A DNA stretch of 64,000 nucleotides, from IMG/VR virus record IMGVR_UViG_3300034418_011250, positions 1 to 64,000 of that record, one strand, 5' to 3'. This document shows positions 46,215 to 56,812 of the stretch, one piece after another. The notes beneath the pieces were generated by a model, which was not told the origin of the DNA, ran no database searches, and saw nothing but the letters and a program-made list of their open reading frames with translations. The DNA is from a virus. Within the stretch, counting starts at the first letter, position 1; every line of letters begins with the position of its first letter. The position numbers and the translations under genes were made by a program.

Positions 46215-48727
46215 CCAAAGAAATTGTCAAGTGTTGGCTGTGTTCCATATGTACGATCAATATCCCAGCCGATTTGGCGAACAATGAACATCAATGGTTC
46301 CACAAAAGCCTTTTCGAATTGAACTTCATAATCAACATATGAAGCCACATCTAGTTCTTTTGGCAGTTTACTAATAAAAGAAATTACATTTGACTGTAAT
46401 GGATTGGGCTTTCTTAGATTGAGAAATTTGATCTTTTCACCTTCTTGAATCAAAGGAAATTTAGAGATCAATTTATTACGTTTGAGAAGATAATTATAAA
46501 TCAATGCTCCTTTGCAATGCATTGGAGTTGATTTACGGTAAATAGAGGATGAATCACTCCACTTGTCAAGTCCATTGACGGATCTTGGAAATGCGATATC
46601 CTCTGCAGGAAGTTTCATGAATTCATTTCTAAAGTTCTGAATGAATTTATTAATCTGTGTTTCATCACCAGACATGATAACCTTGAGAGCCTCCTTAATC
46701 TTTTCTCTGCAAGGATATGGAGTTGATGATTTGACAGCCTCAATGCCCATAATTTTCAATTGAGGATCAGCATATCTGACACCTTCGATATCCCACGCAT
46801 TCAGAATATATCTTTTCTTTGCAACCCAGATGCCTTTGTCAGCAATCACCTCTCGTTTCATCTGCATCTTCTGAGAAAATGCATTCATGTATTGTTTGAG
46901 TTCTTCATAGCATTCATCGATGTATGGTTCTACCTTCTCTTTGGCAACTGTATCAAGAAAAGAAACTACTTTCTCAATAGAAAGATCTTCACCGAATACT
47001 TTGTCAATAAGTTTATCAAAACAAATATAAACTGAATCTGTATCAGATGCAATCACATAATCTTCATTTTTAGTTTTAAGAAGATTGTTGAGATATTCAT
47101 TTAGCTTTCGTTCAATCCAGCGAATCGAAAGCTGACCAGCAGTGGTTACACCTTCAGCAATCGCAAGATCAAAGTATCGGAACCATTCATTACCAATAGC
47201 ACCATAGGCTGAGTTCAATGAGATCTTTCTTGCCATCTGAATGTTATTATAACGTGACACATCATTCAGATATTGAGGATTCTTAGTATTCTCATATTGT
47301 TGTTTCGCATGAAGCATCTTTTTCTTGTATGTTGTTCGATCATCATACAGCTGCTGCATCATGGCAGGAAGAAATCCTTGTTTGGAAATTCTGAATTTGG
47401 TTCCATTTGGTGTCATCGTCAAATTCTTTTCCTTCAGGAATTCTGTATCATACTCCTTGGATACAAACTCACCAATCTTAGTATCACCAAAGTTTACACC
47501 ATCATCAGCCAGAGTTTCTGGAGAGATATTGTATTGAATTATCAAGTGTGGATACAATGAATTCAAGTCAAACGAAAGAACCCATTTATGTTGTCCAACT
47601 GCTGGATCCTTGACATATGCTCCGGAGAATTGTCCAGACTTCGAGGATGAGCTCTTTTGTGGAATCACAATGTTTTGTGTTCGCAGATGATTGTAAATTA
47701 GCACATCCCAATATTTTACTGAAGTAAATGCATCTTGGAAGTTGACTTTTGCTTCATATGCCATAGTCATCAACAAATCCATTAGCTTCATTTTAGCATC
47801 TAGACGTTCTACCAGAAGAACATCTTGAATATTGTAATCAATGAAACTTTGATAATCTGATGTGTACCATTCCTTAAATGTTTCATAAGGATTCTCATCT
47901 TTCCTTTCTCCTAGTTCTACAAATGCAATATGGTCAAGTTTATATGATTCCTGATTTGTATAGGTAAACTTTTGATACAATTGTTGATAATCAAGATTAG
48001 AAATGCCTAGAATCTCATAAACAGTATTGGTCTTTCCGAATTTACCATTTATCTTTTTCTCATTGACAATCTTCCAAGGAGAAAGTCTTTTCAGTGCATC
48101 ATTACCAAATATACGTTTGATTCGATTGCAGATGTAAGGAATATCAAAGAATTCAGTATTCCAGCCTGTGATTGCATCTGGATGAATTGATTCCCACCAG
48201 TCAATGAATCTGTTTAGAAGTTCGACTTCATTCTGGCACTGATTGTATTGAACAAATTCATTATCTGTTTTGTATTCACCAATACCCCAAACAATGATGT
48301 CATCAAATCCATATCTTTTGACAGTGATTGAAAGAAGTTCTTCAGCAGCAATTTCTTGATTGGGAAATCCATTTTCGCATTGAACTTCGATGTCAATCGT
48401 ATAGACTTGCATCAAAGATCGATCGAATCGAATATCTTGATAATTGTCCGCAATATAAGTATAGACAAATTGATTCAATCCATAAACCAATTCAGGTTGA
48501 TTCTCATAATGAGAAACAAATTCTTTGGCTTCTTTGATTGTTTCGAATTTTATGGGTGAGACTGAGGAACCTTCCAAAGTTTTGAATTTGGAAGGTTTCT
48601 GAGAAGGAACATAGAGAGTAGGCTTGTATCGAATAGCCTTGTTGAATCTTTCACCATTCTTTACACCACGCAGGAAAATATTGTTTCCCCACTGAGCCAC
48701 GTGCGTATAGAAATTCATAGCAAACAC
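46211..48727 (-). CDS. Family B DNA polymerase gp43
   Basis: DIEV, GWNTEFFD, FDLNSLYP, KISLNSAYG, SDTDS, KKRY. Confidence 0.98.
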   Translation of the reverse strand: MFAMNFYTHVAQWGNNIFLRGVKNGERFNKAIRYKPTLYVPSQKPSKFKTLEGSSVSPIKFETIKEAKEFVSHYENQPELVYGLNQFVYTYIADNYQDIRFDRSLMQVYTIDIEVQCENGFPNQEIAAEELLSITVKRYGFDDIIVWGIGEYKTDNEFVQYNQCQNEVELLNRFIDWWESIHPDAITGWNTEFFDIPYICNRIKRIFGNDALKRLSPWKIVNEKKINGKFGKTNTVYEILGISNLDYQQLYQKFTYTNQESYKLDHIAFVELGERKDENPYETFKEWYTSDYQSFIDYNIQDVLLVERLDAKMKLMDLLMTMAYEAKVNFQDAFTSVKYWDVLIYNHLRTQNIVIPQKSSSSKSGQFSGAYVKDPAVGQHKWVLSFDLNSLYPHLIIQYNISPETLADDGVNFGDTKIGEFVSKEYDTEFLKEKNLTMTPNGTKFRISKQGFLPAMMQQLYDDRTTYKKKMLHAKQQYENTKNPQYLNDVSRYNNIQMARKISLNSAYGAIGNEWFRYFDLAIAEGVTTAGQLSIRWIERKLNEYLNNLLKTKNEDYVIASDTDSVYICFDKLIDKVFGEDLSIEKVVSFLDTVAKEKVEPYIDECYEELKQYMNAFSQKMQMKREVIADKGIWVAKKRYILNAWDIEGVRYADPQLKIMGIEAVKSSTPYPCREKIKEALKVIMSGDETQINKFIQNFRNEFMKLPAEDIAFPRSVNGLDKWSDSSSIYRKSTPMHCKGALIYNYLLKRNKLISKFPLIQEGEKIKFLNLRKPNPLQSNVISFISKLPKELDVASYVDYEVQFEKAFVEPLMFIVRQIGWDIDRTYGTQPTLDNFFG

Positions 48728-48748
48728 CTGTTAGCATTATAAAAGAAC

Positions 48749-48777
48749 AGTATACCATATTGAATAAAAAATGTCAA
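48749..48777 (-). promoter_or_regulatory. sigma70 promoter (gp43 and modification cluster)
   Basis: TTGACA-N17-TATACT with TGn extension. Confidence 0.8.
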
Positions 48778-49169
48778 GCTATTTGTTCCTGCCTCTTTTT
48801 TCCAATATTGTATTTTGTCTCAAGAACCCATTCATCCTTCTCCTTGAATCCGATGATCTTGATTTGTGAGAGAGGAGCCTTTGGCTCTGCCTCCCCATGA
48901 ACTGTGACAAGATCCCAGTCCTGAAGAAGCCCAGCAATGGTATTCCTTCGAGAAATATCATTTTCATTTATGTTGGTTTCTTTTCCATCAAGAGCAAATA
49001 ATTCCTTGAAATGAACAATATAATATTTGCCTTGTTTGTGAAGAATATGGCAGGATTGAAATAGTTTCTTTTCTTTACGAGATGCAACACCTATTCTAGA
49101 AAGTGTTTCACGAACCTTAAGAAAATCATCAGGTTCTTTGATTGTTACTTCTAACATGTTATTAATCAT
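48774..49169 (-). CDS. regA: Translational repressor RegA
   Basis: DDFLKVRETLSRIG, QSCHILHKQGKYYIVHFKELF. Confidence 0.97.
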   Translation of the reverse strand: MINNMLEVTIKEPDDFLKVRETLSRIGVASRKEKKLFQSCHILHKQGKYYIVHFKELFALDGKETNINENDISRRNTIAGLLQDWDLVTVHGEAEPKAPLSQIKIIGFKEKDEWVLETKYNIGKKRQEQIA

Positions 49170-49555
49170 TTTCTTCCACCTTTGTTCAAGCTATCTTTGA
49201 TAGTAGTAATTTGTTCATCAGATAGTAGTTCAAGAGCAGCTTTAGCTTTATCATTACTATAACCATAATACTCTTTCACATACTCCAGATCCTTAATCTT
49301 ATTTGCTTTCAACCATGGTGCAAATCTTTTCTTGGGTCTAATTGTATTTATAAAAAAGTCAAATTTGAGTTTATTATCAATTTGATGATGAACATTCATC
49401 TCATTTGCAAACATTATGGTGTCTTGAAATGAAGATAAGATATGATTGACAACATATGCTGGATACTTCTTTTCCCACATTGGATCATCAGAATCCATCA
49501 AGTTTTCTTTTGTGAAGTTTATTGCATTCAAATACTCCTTTAGTTCATAACTCAT
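49166..49555 (-). CDS. Clamp loader small subunit gp62
   Basis: YLNAIN, KKRFAPW, VKEYYGYS. Confidence 0.93.
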   Translation of the reverse strand: MSYELKEYLNAINFTKENLMDSDDPMWEKKYPAYVVNHILSSFQDTIMFANEMNVHHQIDNKLKFDFFINTIRPKKRFAPWLKANKIKDLEYVKEYYGYSNDKAKAALELLSDEQITTIKDSLNKGGRK

Positions 49556-50487
49556 TTAAACCTCACATTTGACATGATTTCTGTCATACAAGCTAACAGA
49601 TTGATCTCTTGGTCACTGACAAATGCAGACTTATATTGGTAATCTGCAATAATTAAAACCAACTGTGGAACACTAGCAGGTTCCAATCGTTCATATAGAG
49701 TATCGTAAATTTTACGATAGATTCTAGTAGGATCATTATCAAGATTATTTGCAACCCATTTCCTCAAATTACCAAATTCTTTTTCTTTAAGAAAACTTGT
49801 CATTTCTTTCAAGTTCTCGTCTGAAATATTTACAAGAATACCAGCATCGATTTCACCTGATGCTGAATATCTTTGTAACTCATTTAAACACCTTCTCCAA
49901 TCAGGAAAAAATTTCTCAATTATCCCTGCAACAGCCTTTGGATTAAACTTGACATTTTCTTCTTCTAATATCTCAGTGATACGTTTAAAGAATTGTGCTG
50001 CAAGTTTGGGTTTCTCTTCATTTGGTATTCTAAATTCAACGACAGAACATCGTGAATGTAGTGGTTCAATGATGCGATTCTTAAAATTACAAGTTAAAAT
50101 GAATCCGCAATTTTTATGAAACTCCTCAATGAATCCACGAAGAGCAGGTTGAGTTGATTGGGGATTTAGATAATCTGCCTCATCAAGAATTACAAACTTT
50201 CTGTTTGTATCAAATGAAACAGTAGATGCAAAGTTTTTAATCTTGTTTCTGAGAACATCAATACCTGATTCCTCAGAACCATTGATCATCATGTATGTGG
50301 CATCAATTTGTTGCAACATAGCCTTTGCAACAGTAGTTTTACCTACTCCTGGACCGCCTGAAAGCAAAAGATTAGGAATATGTTCATCATCTACAAATTG
50401 TTGAAATGTATTCTTCAATTGTACTGGAAGAATACAATTCTCAATAGAGTCTGGGCGATATTTTTCTACCCACAAATAATTTTTCAT
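49552..50487 (-). CDS. Clamp loader large subunit gp44
   Basis: WVEKYRP, GGPGVGKTT, DEAD, SRC. Confidence 0.97.
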   Translation of the reverse strand: MKNYLWVEKYRPDSIENCILPVQLKNTFQQFVDDEHIPNLLLSGGPGVGKTTVAKAMLQQIDATYMMINGSEESGIDVLRNKIKNFASTVSFDTNRKFVILDEADYLNPQSTQPALRGFIEEFHKNCGFILTCNFKNRIIEPLHSRCSVVEFRIPNEEKPKLAAQFFKRITEILEEENVKFNPKAVAGIIEKFFPDWRRCLNELQRYSASGEIDAGILVNISDENLKEMTSFLKEKEFGNLRKWVANNLDNDPTRIYRKIYDTLYERLEPASVPQLVLIIADYQYKSAFVSDQEINLLACMTEIMSNVRFK

Positions 50488-50511
50488 AACAAAAACTCCA
50501 AAAGGATATTA

Positions 50512-51183
50512 TCAATTAGACTCAAGCGCAACATAATACTCTAGATCTTGCCCTTTCTTTTTAAAATGCGAAATACCAACACTAGCAATTCCTACCTCAT
50601 AATCTCCAGGAAGAACTTTTAGATTTTCAGTCTTAAAACATGATGTAAGATTGGTTGTTGAAGAATCACCAACTACAAGTGAAAATGTATTTGATGTATC
50701 ATTCTTTCGATCAGTAACAGTCATTTGAACTTCACCTGATTCATATGAATTCACAACAAGATCTGGTGTTCCAAGAATTGCAGCTGATCTTTGAATTTGA
50801 GAAAACTCTTCTTGAGTCAATGTAAATTGAACATCAATAACTGGCATTTGAATGTCTGTTTTTGGTTCCTTCACCATGTCAGTAGGTGTGTAAAAATATT
50901 TACTAGAAGTTTTGCTTCCTTCTTCCTGAATAAGAATATATTTTTCTTCAAAATTCAAGATTGGTGTTTTGAACAGAGAAAGTGTTGAAAGAAATTCGTT
51001 CAAATCATAAATAGCACACTCCTGCTCAAAGTCTTCTGTAATATTTGCGATTGCTACAATGTTTTTCATTGCACTCATTGTCGCAACTTTATTTCCTGGT
51101 TTGATTAACAAGTTTGAATTGATTGTTGAAAAGTTCTTCAAAATTTCACGAGTTTCATTACTCAGTTTCATTAGTTTCTCCAT
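50512..51183 (-). CDS. Sliding clamp gp45
   Basis: MKLSNET..ILKNFSTIN, IYDLNEFL, YYVALE. Confidence 0.95.
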   Translation of the reverse strand: MEKLMKLSNETREILKNFSTINSNLLIKPGNKVATMSAMKNIVAIANITEDFEQECAIYDLNEFLSTLSLFKTPILNFEEKYILIQEEGSKTSSKYFYTPTDMVKEPKTDIQMPVIDVQFTLTQEEFSQIQRSAAILGTPDLVVNSYESGEVQMTVTDRKNDTSNTFSLVVGDSSTTNLTSCFKTENLKVLPGDYEVGIASVGISHFKKKGQDLEYYVALESN

Positions 51184-51448
51184 AGTTTAAATCATGAACA
51201 TGTAGTGCCATTATGGCATAGTGAACAACCTTCAGTAGATCCTTTCGGTTGTAACCATCTTTCTTACCGTATCTCTGCGCATACTTCAAGATATTTCCAA
51301 TACAAAATCCTTCACCATGTCCAGAGTCTATAATGAATTCTGTTGCTTGAAAATTGTTTTGTGAATAATGCTGAGCGTAGGTCTTGTTAATATAATCGAC
51401 AATCTCAAGAATAAGATTATCTTCATTATATTTGTATTGAATACTCAC
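51158..51448 (-). CDS. DUF3310-like conserved protein
   Basis: HYS...GFCIGNILKYAQRYGKK..DLLK. Confidence 0.75.
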   Translation of the reverse strand: MSIQYKYNEDNLILEIVDYINKTYAQHYSQNNFQATEFIIDSGHGEGFCIGNILKYAQRYGKKDGYNRKDLLKVVHYAIMALHVHDLNYGETNETE

Positions 51449-51469
51449 AAGTACATCCTAAAAGTCTGT

Positions 51470-51487
51470 GGCACTCCGAAGAGTGCC
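51470..51487 (-). terminator. cUUCGg hairpin after hsp20
   Basis: GGCACTC-TTCG-GAGTGCC followed by ACAGACTTTT. Confidence 0.6.
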
Positions 51488-51498
51488 GTCATGTTATA

Positions 51499-51939
51499 TT
51501 AGTTGATATTGATCACTCTTGGACGTTTCTCATCCGGAATGATTCTTTCCAACTCGATTTTCAATAGACCATCTACCATGGTAGCATCCTTGACGAATAC
51601 ATCTGATGACAAGGTAAATACTCTGTTGAATTGTCGCTTCGAAATGCCTCTGTGATAATACACAGGAGCATTTTCAGCTTCCTCTACAGTTTTAGCATAA
51701 TTTGATCGAATAGTCAACTTATTTTCTTTGGTTTCCACCTCGATGTCTTCTTTTTTGAATCCTGCGACTGCAAGCTCAATAGTGAAGTGCTCATCGTCAT
51801 GCTTGAGAATATTGTATGGTGGATAATTAGAAGTTGTTGAAACATTATCAAAAAAGTGATCAAAGATGTTATCAAATCCGACACTGAATGTTCGAAGTTG
51901 ATGTGGATCAAATGTAGAGAGTGCGGTTGTGCTTGTCAT
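51499..51939 (-). CDS. Small heat shock protein Hsp20 (IbpA-like)
   Basis: NYPPYNI, IELAVAGF, HRGISKRQF, DGLLKI. Confidence 0.95.
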   Translation of the reverse strand: MTSTTALSTFDPHQLRTFSVGFDNIFDHFFDNVSTTSNYPPYNILKHDDEHFTIELAVAGFKKEDIEVETKENKLTIRSNYAKTVEEAENAPVYYHRGISKRQFNRVFTLSSDVFVKDATMVDGLLKIELERIIPDEKRPRVININ

Positions 51940-51943
51940 ATCT

Positions 51944-51964
51944 ATCTCCTTGAATAAGCAAGAT
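51944..51964 (-). promoter_or_regulatory. ROSE-like RNA thermometer hairpin
   Basis: AUCUUGCUU-AUUC-AAGGAGAU: UUGCU pairs with the SD with a bulged G. Confidence 0.65.
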
Positions 51965-52019
51965 TATTTGTTAATATTAGAATGTTGAAGAGAACCCGAA
52001 GCATTCTCTTCAACAATTC

Positions 52020-52027
52020 TATTTATA
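52020..52027 (-). promoter_or_regulatory. Late promoter TATAAATA (hsp20)
   Basis: Exact motif, followed by a long UUCG-capped hairpin at about 51984-52015. Confidence 0.7.
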
Positions 52028-52053
52028 CAAAAGTCAACAAAAATTTGAAAAAA

Positions 52054-53019
52054 TTATGCTGCTTCTGCATATTCTAGTGCCATGTCAAGTGCATTCAACT
52101 TGACTTTACGATTCTTCCCATACCATGCAGATTCCAACCGACCATCAGCTGATCTGCCCTGTACATGGTCAGACATGTAGGTAACAGCATTAAATGCTTG
52201 CCACCATGAACCTTCAGCATACTCTGCTCCAGGTTGTGTATGAACAAGCTCAAGTGCCTTTGTTGACAATCTTGAATTTGCCTGCTCAGCTTCGTATTCC
52301 TTTTCAGTAGATTCATTTCCGAAGACTTTGTTCATATATGCAACCAAATCCTTCTTTGTGTATCTTTTCTTTCCAAGGAATTCTGCCATACTCTTGTACT
52401 GATCCATTTTCATTCTTGCAATTCCTAACTGCTCCTTGACAGAATCTGGATCCCATTCCTTTCGATGATTCAATGTGACCATATGTTCACTATTAGTGCT
52501 CAAAGAAAGTGTCAAGGTATTTTGGCAAACAACACGAATTGGTGTCATCCGAATATTAATTGTTCGCCCATACTGATGAGGATTAGTGAATAAGAAATAA
52601 TTTTCTGTCACATCACCACTGAACAATTCGAAGGACTCATTGGTTTTAGCCAAAGCCCAAACCAATTCTCCTCCACGCAATGATCCAGCAGTGTGCATTT
52701 CCATATCACCTGCCTTCACATATTCATCAAAAAGTTCAAATGCTTGATGGTTTTGAACTGGATTCCAGCCTTTACCGATATTGGTCAAAACTTTCCCATC
52801 AAGATCCCGAACCAATGCTTGTTTGCCTGTTGGGATTTTTCTTCCATTGAATTCTACAAATCCATCCAACTTAAGAACTTTCCAGTCCAATCCTGCCATC
52901 ACCATAAATTCTTGTGGTGATAAATCTGGCTGAACCTGAAATCCAAGACCATGCCATGGCACTTCTCCAACGTAGGCCATCTGCGCTTCACCATTGATCA
53001 CTTCTATTGCATGACTCAT
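52054..53019 (-). CDS. DUF932 family protein
   Basis: PWHGLG, AGLDW, PVQN, AGSLRGG, TPIRVVCQNTL, WQAFNAVT. Confidence 0.88.
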   Translation of the reverse strand: MSHAIEVINGEAQMAYVGEVPWHGLGFQVQPDLSPQEFMVMAGLDWKVLKLDGFVEFNGRKIPTGKQALVRDLDGKVLTNIGKGWNPVQNHQAFELFDEYVKAGDMEMHTAGSLRGGELVWALAKTNESFELFSGDVTENYFLFTNPHQYGRTINIRMTPIRVVCQNTLTLSLSTNSEHMVTLNHRKEWDPDSVKEQLGIARMKMDQYKSMAEFLGKKRYTKKDLVAYMNKVFGNESTEKEYEAEQANSRLSTKALELVHTQPGAEYAEGSWWQAFNAVTYMSDHVQGRSADGRLESAWYGKNRKVKLNALDMALEYAEAA

Positions 53020-53078
53020 GCTATTCTCCTAAAAAAGTTATCAAAACAGATCGAGAGATTCGATCATTACTATATATT

Positions 53079-53107
53079 ATTTTATAATAACTTTTAGAAA
53101 AAGTCAA
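53079..53107 (-). promoter_or_regulatory. sigma70-like promoter
   Basis: TTGACT-N17-TAAAAT. Confidence 0.65.
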
Positions 53108-53124
53108 GCACTTTTTTTAAAAAA

Positions 53125-53469
53125 TTATGAAAAAATTTCAGGTGGGTGATAAAGATCTCGAATATGTCGATGGACAGCCTCAACCAGAAGTTCCTCGTTA
53201 TATATCTTTTTGCTCTGAATGCCCATCGCCATGGAGATAGCATCAGCAGGTTTATCAATCCATGAAGAATGCCAATACATCTTTCCACTCTCACCCTTTC
53301 TATAATTTAAATGAATAACTCCAACAAAAACTTTGTCGTTGGCATATGATTGAAAAAGATGTTTTATTCCCATACTTGGCATATATTTAAATGCTACATC
53401 TTTATATAAAGAATGTCTAAAATTCATTTCACACATGTATCGAACTTGTTCTAATTCTTTTTTGTCCAT
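53125..53469 (-). CDS. Hypothetical protein
   Basis: ORF overlapping def end. Confidence 0.6.
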   Translation of the reverse strand: MDKKELEQVRYMCEMNFRHSLYKDVAFKYMPSMGIKHLFQSYANDKVFVGVIHLNYRKGESGKMYWHSSWIDKPADAISMAMGIQSKKIYNEELLVEAVHRHIRDLYHPPEIFS

Positions 53470-53987
53470 TTTTGTTTCTTGATCATTTTTGCTGCTTTTC
53501 TTTTAGCTATGTCAAGTTTTAATGGTGAAACCAACTGTGTGAAATTTTTTCCTTCCATATGATCATATTCATGTTGAAAAACTCTTGATGTTATTCCTCT
53601 GAATTTTCCAGTCTTTTCCTCACCTTTTACATTCTGATATGTAAATTCAACAATGTCAGGACGTTTAATGCTTAAAAACAAATACGGATATGTCAAACAT
53701 CCTTCATCATAAAATTCTGTTTCTTCAGACTCCCAAATAATTCTAGGATTAAAATAAATCTCATGTTCCTTTTTATCCCAATCAGTGTACATCACAAAGG
53801 CACGAATCATCAATCCGCATTGATTTGCAGATAAACCAATACCTCCATGTTTTTGCATTGATTCTAATAAGTTGTCGTATAATTCTTGTGGAGTTAGATG
53901 AAACATTTCTTCAAAATTATCAAAAGAAATGTCAGACAATGGAACTTTTAAAATTGGACTTTCTGGGTGAATTAATTCATATATCAT
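53451..53987 (-). CDS. def: Peptide deformylase
   Basis: GIGLSANQCG, EGCLT, QHEYDHMEG. Confidence 0.95.
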   Translation of the reverse strand: MIYELIHPESPILKVPLSDISFDNFEEMFHLTPQELYDNLLESMQKHGGIGLSANQCGLMIRAFVMYTDWDKKEHEIYFNPRIIWESEETEFYDEGCLTYPYLFLSIKRPDIVEFTYQNVKGEEKTGKFRGITSRVFQHEYDHMEGKNFTQLVSPLKLDIAKRKAAKMIKKQKWTKKN

Positions 53988-55693
53988 GCGGCAATCCTGC
54001 TAAAGTTTTTCTCTTTTTTAAATTGAATGACTGATCTAAATTTGTCAAACAATATATCTTGTTTGTGGCTAATTACAAACACATTTTGATTTGTAAATGT
54101 ATTTAGAATTTTTAGGAAATCGTCAGTTCCTGCACCATCTAATGAAGAATCAAATATTTCATCAAGAATCAAAAGATTTGTATTTGTAGAATTTTTTATT
54201 TTGGCAATTGCTCTCCATGTAAAAAGAAGAGCCAGATCTATTCTCATTTTTTCACCTTCTGAAAAAGAAGGATATTTGAAATCATCTCGGTGTCTGGAAA
54301 GTATTGTTTCATTAAATGAAGAATCTAGATTAAAAGAAACATAAAAATCCATTTGTGACAAATAAGCATTGATCAGCTTATTCATAATCGGCAAATACTT
54401 TTTAATAATCTTTGTTTTGATACCTGCATCTTGAAGAAGATTCTTTGCAACATCAAGGTATGTTCTTTCTTCATTTAATCTTAACTTGTTATTATTGTAT
54501 ATCTCTAATTGAGTTTCTAATTTTATTAATTCTTCTTTGTCTTGATCATTAACCTCATTGTTTGTTATCTGTTCAATTTCTTTTATGCTCTTTTTAATAA
54601 TATCTTCAAGCATTTTGATTGAAGAATCAATTGTTGCGACTTTAATTGAAATATTCGAAATCTCCTCCTCTAGTATTTCAAACTCTTTCAATCTATCTTC
54701 TTCAATGTTTTCTAAACTTTTTAATTCATTTAGAGCATCACCAATCTCATGAACCTTTTCATGCTTTTCTTTTATTTTTGTTTTTCGAATATCTTCATCA
54801 ATATCCTGCGTGCATGTAGGACAAACTTTGTTGTCATCAAAGAAAGCAAGAATCTTATTTTCCTCTCTCCATTTGTTCTCGAGAGCAGCATGAGTCTTTC
54901 TGAGTTTTGTAAGTTTCTTGGTAGCTTCTTTTTTGCTTTCCAATGCTTCTCTGAGCTCTTCTAGCTTCCGTAGTAAGGTCTTTTTACTTTCTGCCTTGTT
55001 TTGTATTATCTCTTTATTGTCTTGTATCTTTTGTTGACGTTCATCAATAATGTTTTCTTTGTTCTCGAGAACTGACTTGATATATTTCTTTTGCATTTGA
55101 ATCTTCTCTTCAGCAAGCTGTATCTGATATTCATTTTCTTGAATATTATCAAGAAGAGATTTGTTTTTACCTTTCAGAATAGCATTCATCAACGTGAATA
55201 TCCGAATATCAAGAATATCCTCAACAACTTCTCTACGATCTCTTGCAGAAAGCTGCATGAATGGAACAAAAGTAGATGATCCTAAAATTACAACCTGAGT
55301 AAACGAACGATAGTTTAATTTGAGAATCTGTTGTTCTAGGAATTGTTGATAATCTTTCAGCGCAGCATCTTGTGTCACTAATTTATTTTGAACATAAATC
55401 TCAAATTTGTTTGGCTTGATTCCTCTACAGACTTTGACATGTTTTCCAGAAACAGCAAATTCAACCTCAACTTCTAATTCACGTTGATTCACACTATTAA
55501 TCAGTTGTGGTTTATTAATGCTTCTGAATGGTTTGCCATAAAGTCCAAAGCAAAGTGCATCAAGAATTGTTGATTTACCAGAACCATTCTCACCAATAAT
55601 TAGAGTTGAAGATTCATTATCAAGTTTAATTTCTGTAAATGAATTTCCTGTAGAAAGGAAATTCTTCCATTTTACTGTTTTGAATATAATCAT
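53984..55693 (-). CDS. Recombination endonuclease subunit gp46 (Rad50-like)
   Basis: GENGSGKST, CPTC hook, FSEGEK, LDEIFD. Confidence 0.96.
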   Translation of the reverse strand: MIIFKTVKWKNFLSTGNSFTEIKLDNESSTLIIGENGSGKSTILDALCFGLYGKPFRSINKPQLINSVNQRELEVEVEFAVSGKHVKVCRGIKPNKFEIYVQNKLVTQDAALKDYQQFLEQQILKLNYRSFTQVVILGSSTFVPFMQLSARDRREVVEDILDIRIFTLMNAILKGKNKSLLDNIQENEYQIQLAEEKIQMQKKYIKSVLENKENIIDERQQKIQDNKEIIQNKAESKKTLLRKLEELREALESKKEATKKLTKLRKTHAALENKWREENKILAFFDDNKVCPTCTQDIDEDIRKTKIKEKHEKVHEIGDALNELKSLENIEEDRLKEFEILEEEISNISIKVATIDSSIKMLEDIIKKSIKEIEQITNNEVNDQDKEELIKLETQLEIYNNNKLRLNEERTYLDVAKNLLQDAGIKTKIIKKYLPIMNKLINAYLSQMDFYVSFNLDSSFNETILSRHRDDFKYPSFSEGEKMRIDLALLFTWRAIAKIKNSTNTNLLILDEIFDSSLDGAGTDDFLKILNTFTNQNVFVISHKQDILFDKFRSVIQFKKEKNFSRIAA

Positions 55694-55962
55694 TTGGTTA
55701 TTTCTATTGTAATTCCTGCTCTGCCTTTTGAAATTTCATAACCATTTTTTCTGTTATCAAATTTCATACCATATTTTTTAAAATCAAAAACAACACGCAT
55801 TTCATCTTCAACAACTCCTTCTAGCAAATTTGTTGCATAATCTAATCCAAGATTGTATAATCCCTCAACTAAAGTTGGATTATCTTTAAAGTTCGATTCT
55901 AAATCTGAAATAGGTATATGTATAATCATATTTTCCTTTAATAACTTTGATTTAAACGCCAA
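55690..55962 (-). CDS. Hypothetical protein
   Basis: ORF; probable start MIIHIP. Confidence 0.5.
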   Translation of the reverse strand: MAFKSKLLKENMIIHIPISDLESNFKDNPTLVEGLYNLGLDYATNLLEGVVEDEMRVVFDFKKYGMKFDNRKNGYEISKGRAGITIEITK

Positions 55963-56777
55963 ACGAGATATTCTTTTGCTCCAATGGTATCATATTTTTG
56001 TTCACCTATCAGACTATCAACCTTAACATCATCTCTTGGATGAACAAAATATGGAAAACTGAAACGACTGATATTCAGATGCTCATTTACGACACGATGC
56101 GGAGTTGAGACATAAATATCATTAGTCCAGCGTTGAAGCAAATCTCCAACATTTACAATACAAGTATTTGTAATGTAAGGAGCATCAATCCATTCATCTG
56201 TTCCTCTTGGCTTTATTTGTAATCCAGGATTTTCATCCGTGAATAAAATTGTAATTGTTCCATAATCCGTATGTTCTCCTCCACGCATTTGATTTTCTTG
56301 TATTCTACCATTCCAAGCAGGATAATGTAGCATTCTTGCTGTAGTAGATGAAGATTCTCTATGTTTATCAATCAAAAATAATTCTGGCAAATCTAATGCT
56401 TTTTCAATCAACCATAAAATACGTTTACTAATAAGATCTAATACAAGATTCCATTCTAGACATATATCTTCAAATCCTCTATCTGGCCATTTATTGTCAT
56501 CACCATACTTACACCAATTGAATGCCTCTTTTAAATCAGGAGGTGTTCCTGGAGTCAAACTTTCTATCATCCCTTGATATCCAGTGTTTGATTCTGTTGA
56601 TGTGTACTTGTATTTGTTTTTTTCATCAATTGGTAAAGCAAAAAATTTCTTAGCATGATTCAATATTTTTGGCCATGTTGTTTGCGTTTCAAAATAAGCA
56701 AACCCGATGGTCTTGAATGCTTCATCTAATTTAATATGAGCATCATCATCTAAATGATTTATAATTGGTATTTTCAT
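55938..56777 (-). CDS. IPNS/DIOX-family 2OG-Fe(II) oxygenase
   Basis: GFAY, DLKEAF, LHYP, HTDYGTITILF, NVGDLLQRWTND..STPHRV, RFS. Confidence 0.9.
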   Translation of the reverse strand: MKIPIINHLDDDAHIKLDEAFKTIGFAYFETQTTWPKILNHAKKFFALPIDEKNKYKYTSTESNTGYQGMIESLTPGTPPDLKEAFNWCKYGDDNKWPDRGFEDICLEWNLVLDLISKRILWLIEKALDLPELFLIDKHRESSSTTARMLHYPAWNGRIQENQMRGGEHTDYGTITILFTDENPGLQIKPRGTDEWIDAPYITNTCIVNVGDLLQRWTNDIYVSTPHRVVNEHLNISRFSFPYFVHPRDDVKVDSLIGEQKYDTIGAKEYLVWRLNQSY

Positions 56778-56787
56778 AAGAATATAT

Positions 56788-56804
56788 GGGGGATTTACTC
56801 CCCC
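56788..56804 (-). terminator. GC hairpin after BMP gene
   Basis: GGGGGA-GTAAA-TCCCCC stem-loop. Confidence 0.45.
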
Positions 56805-56812
56805 AATAAATG

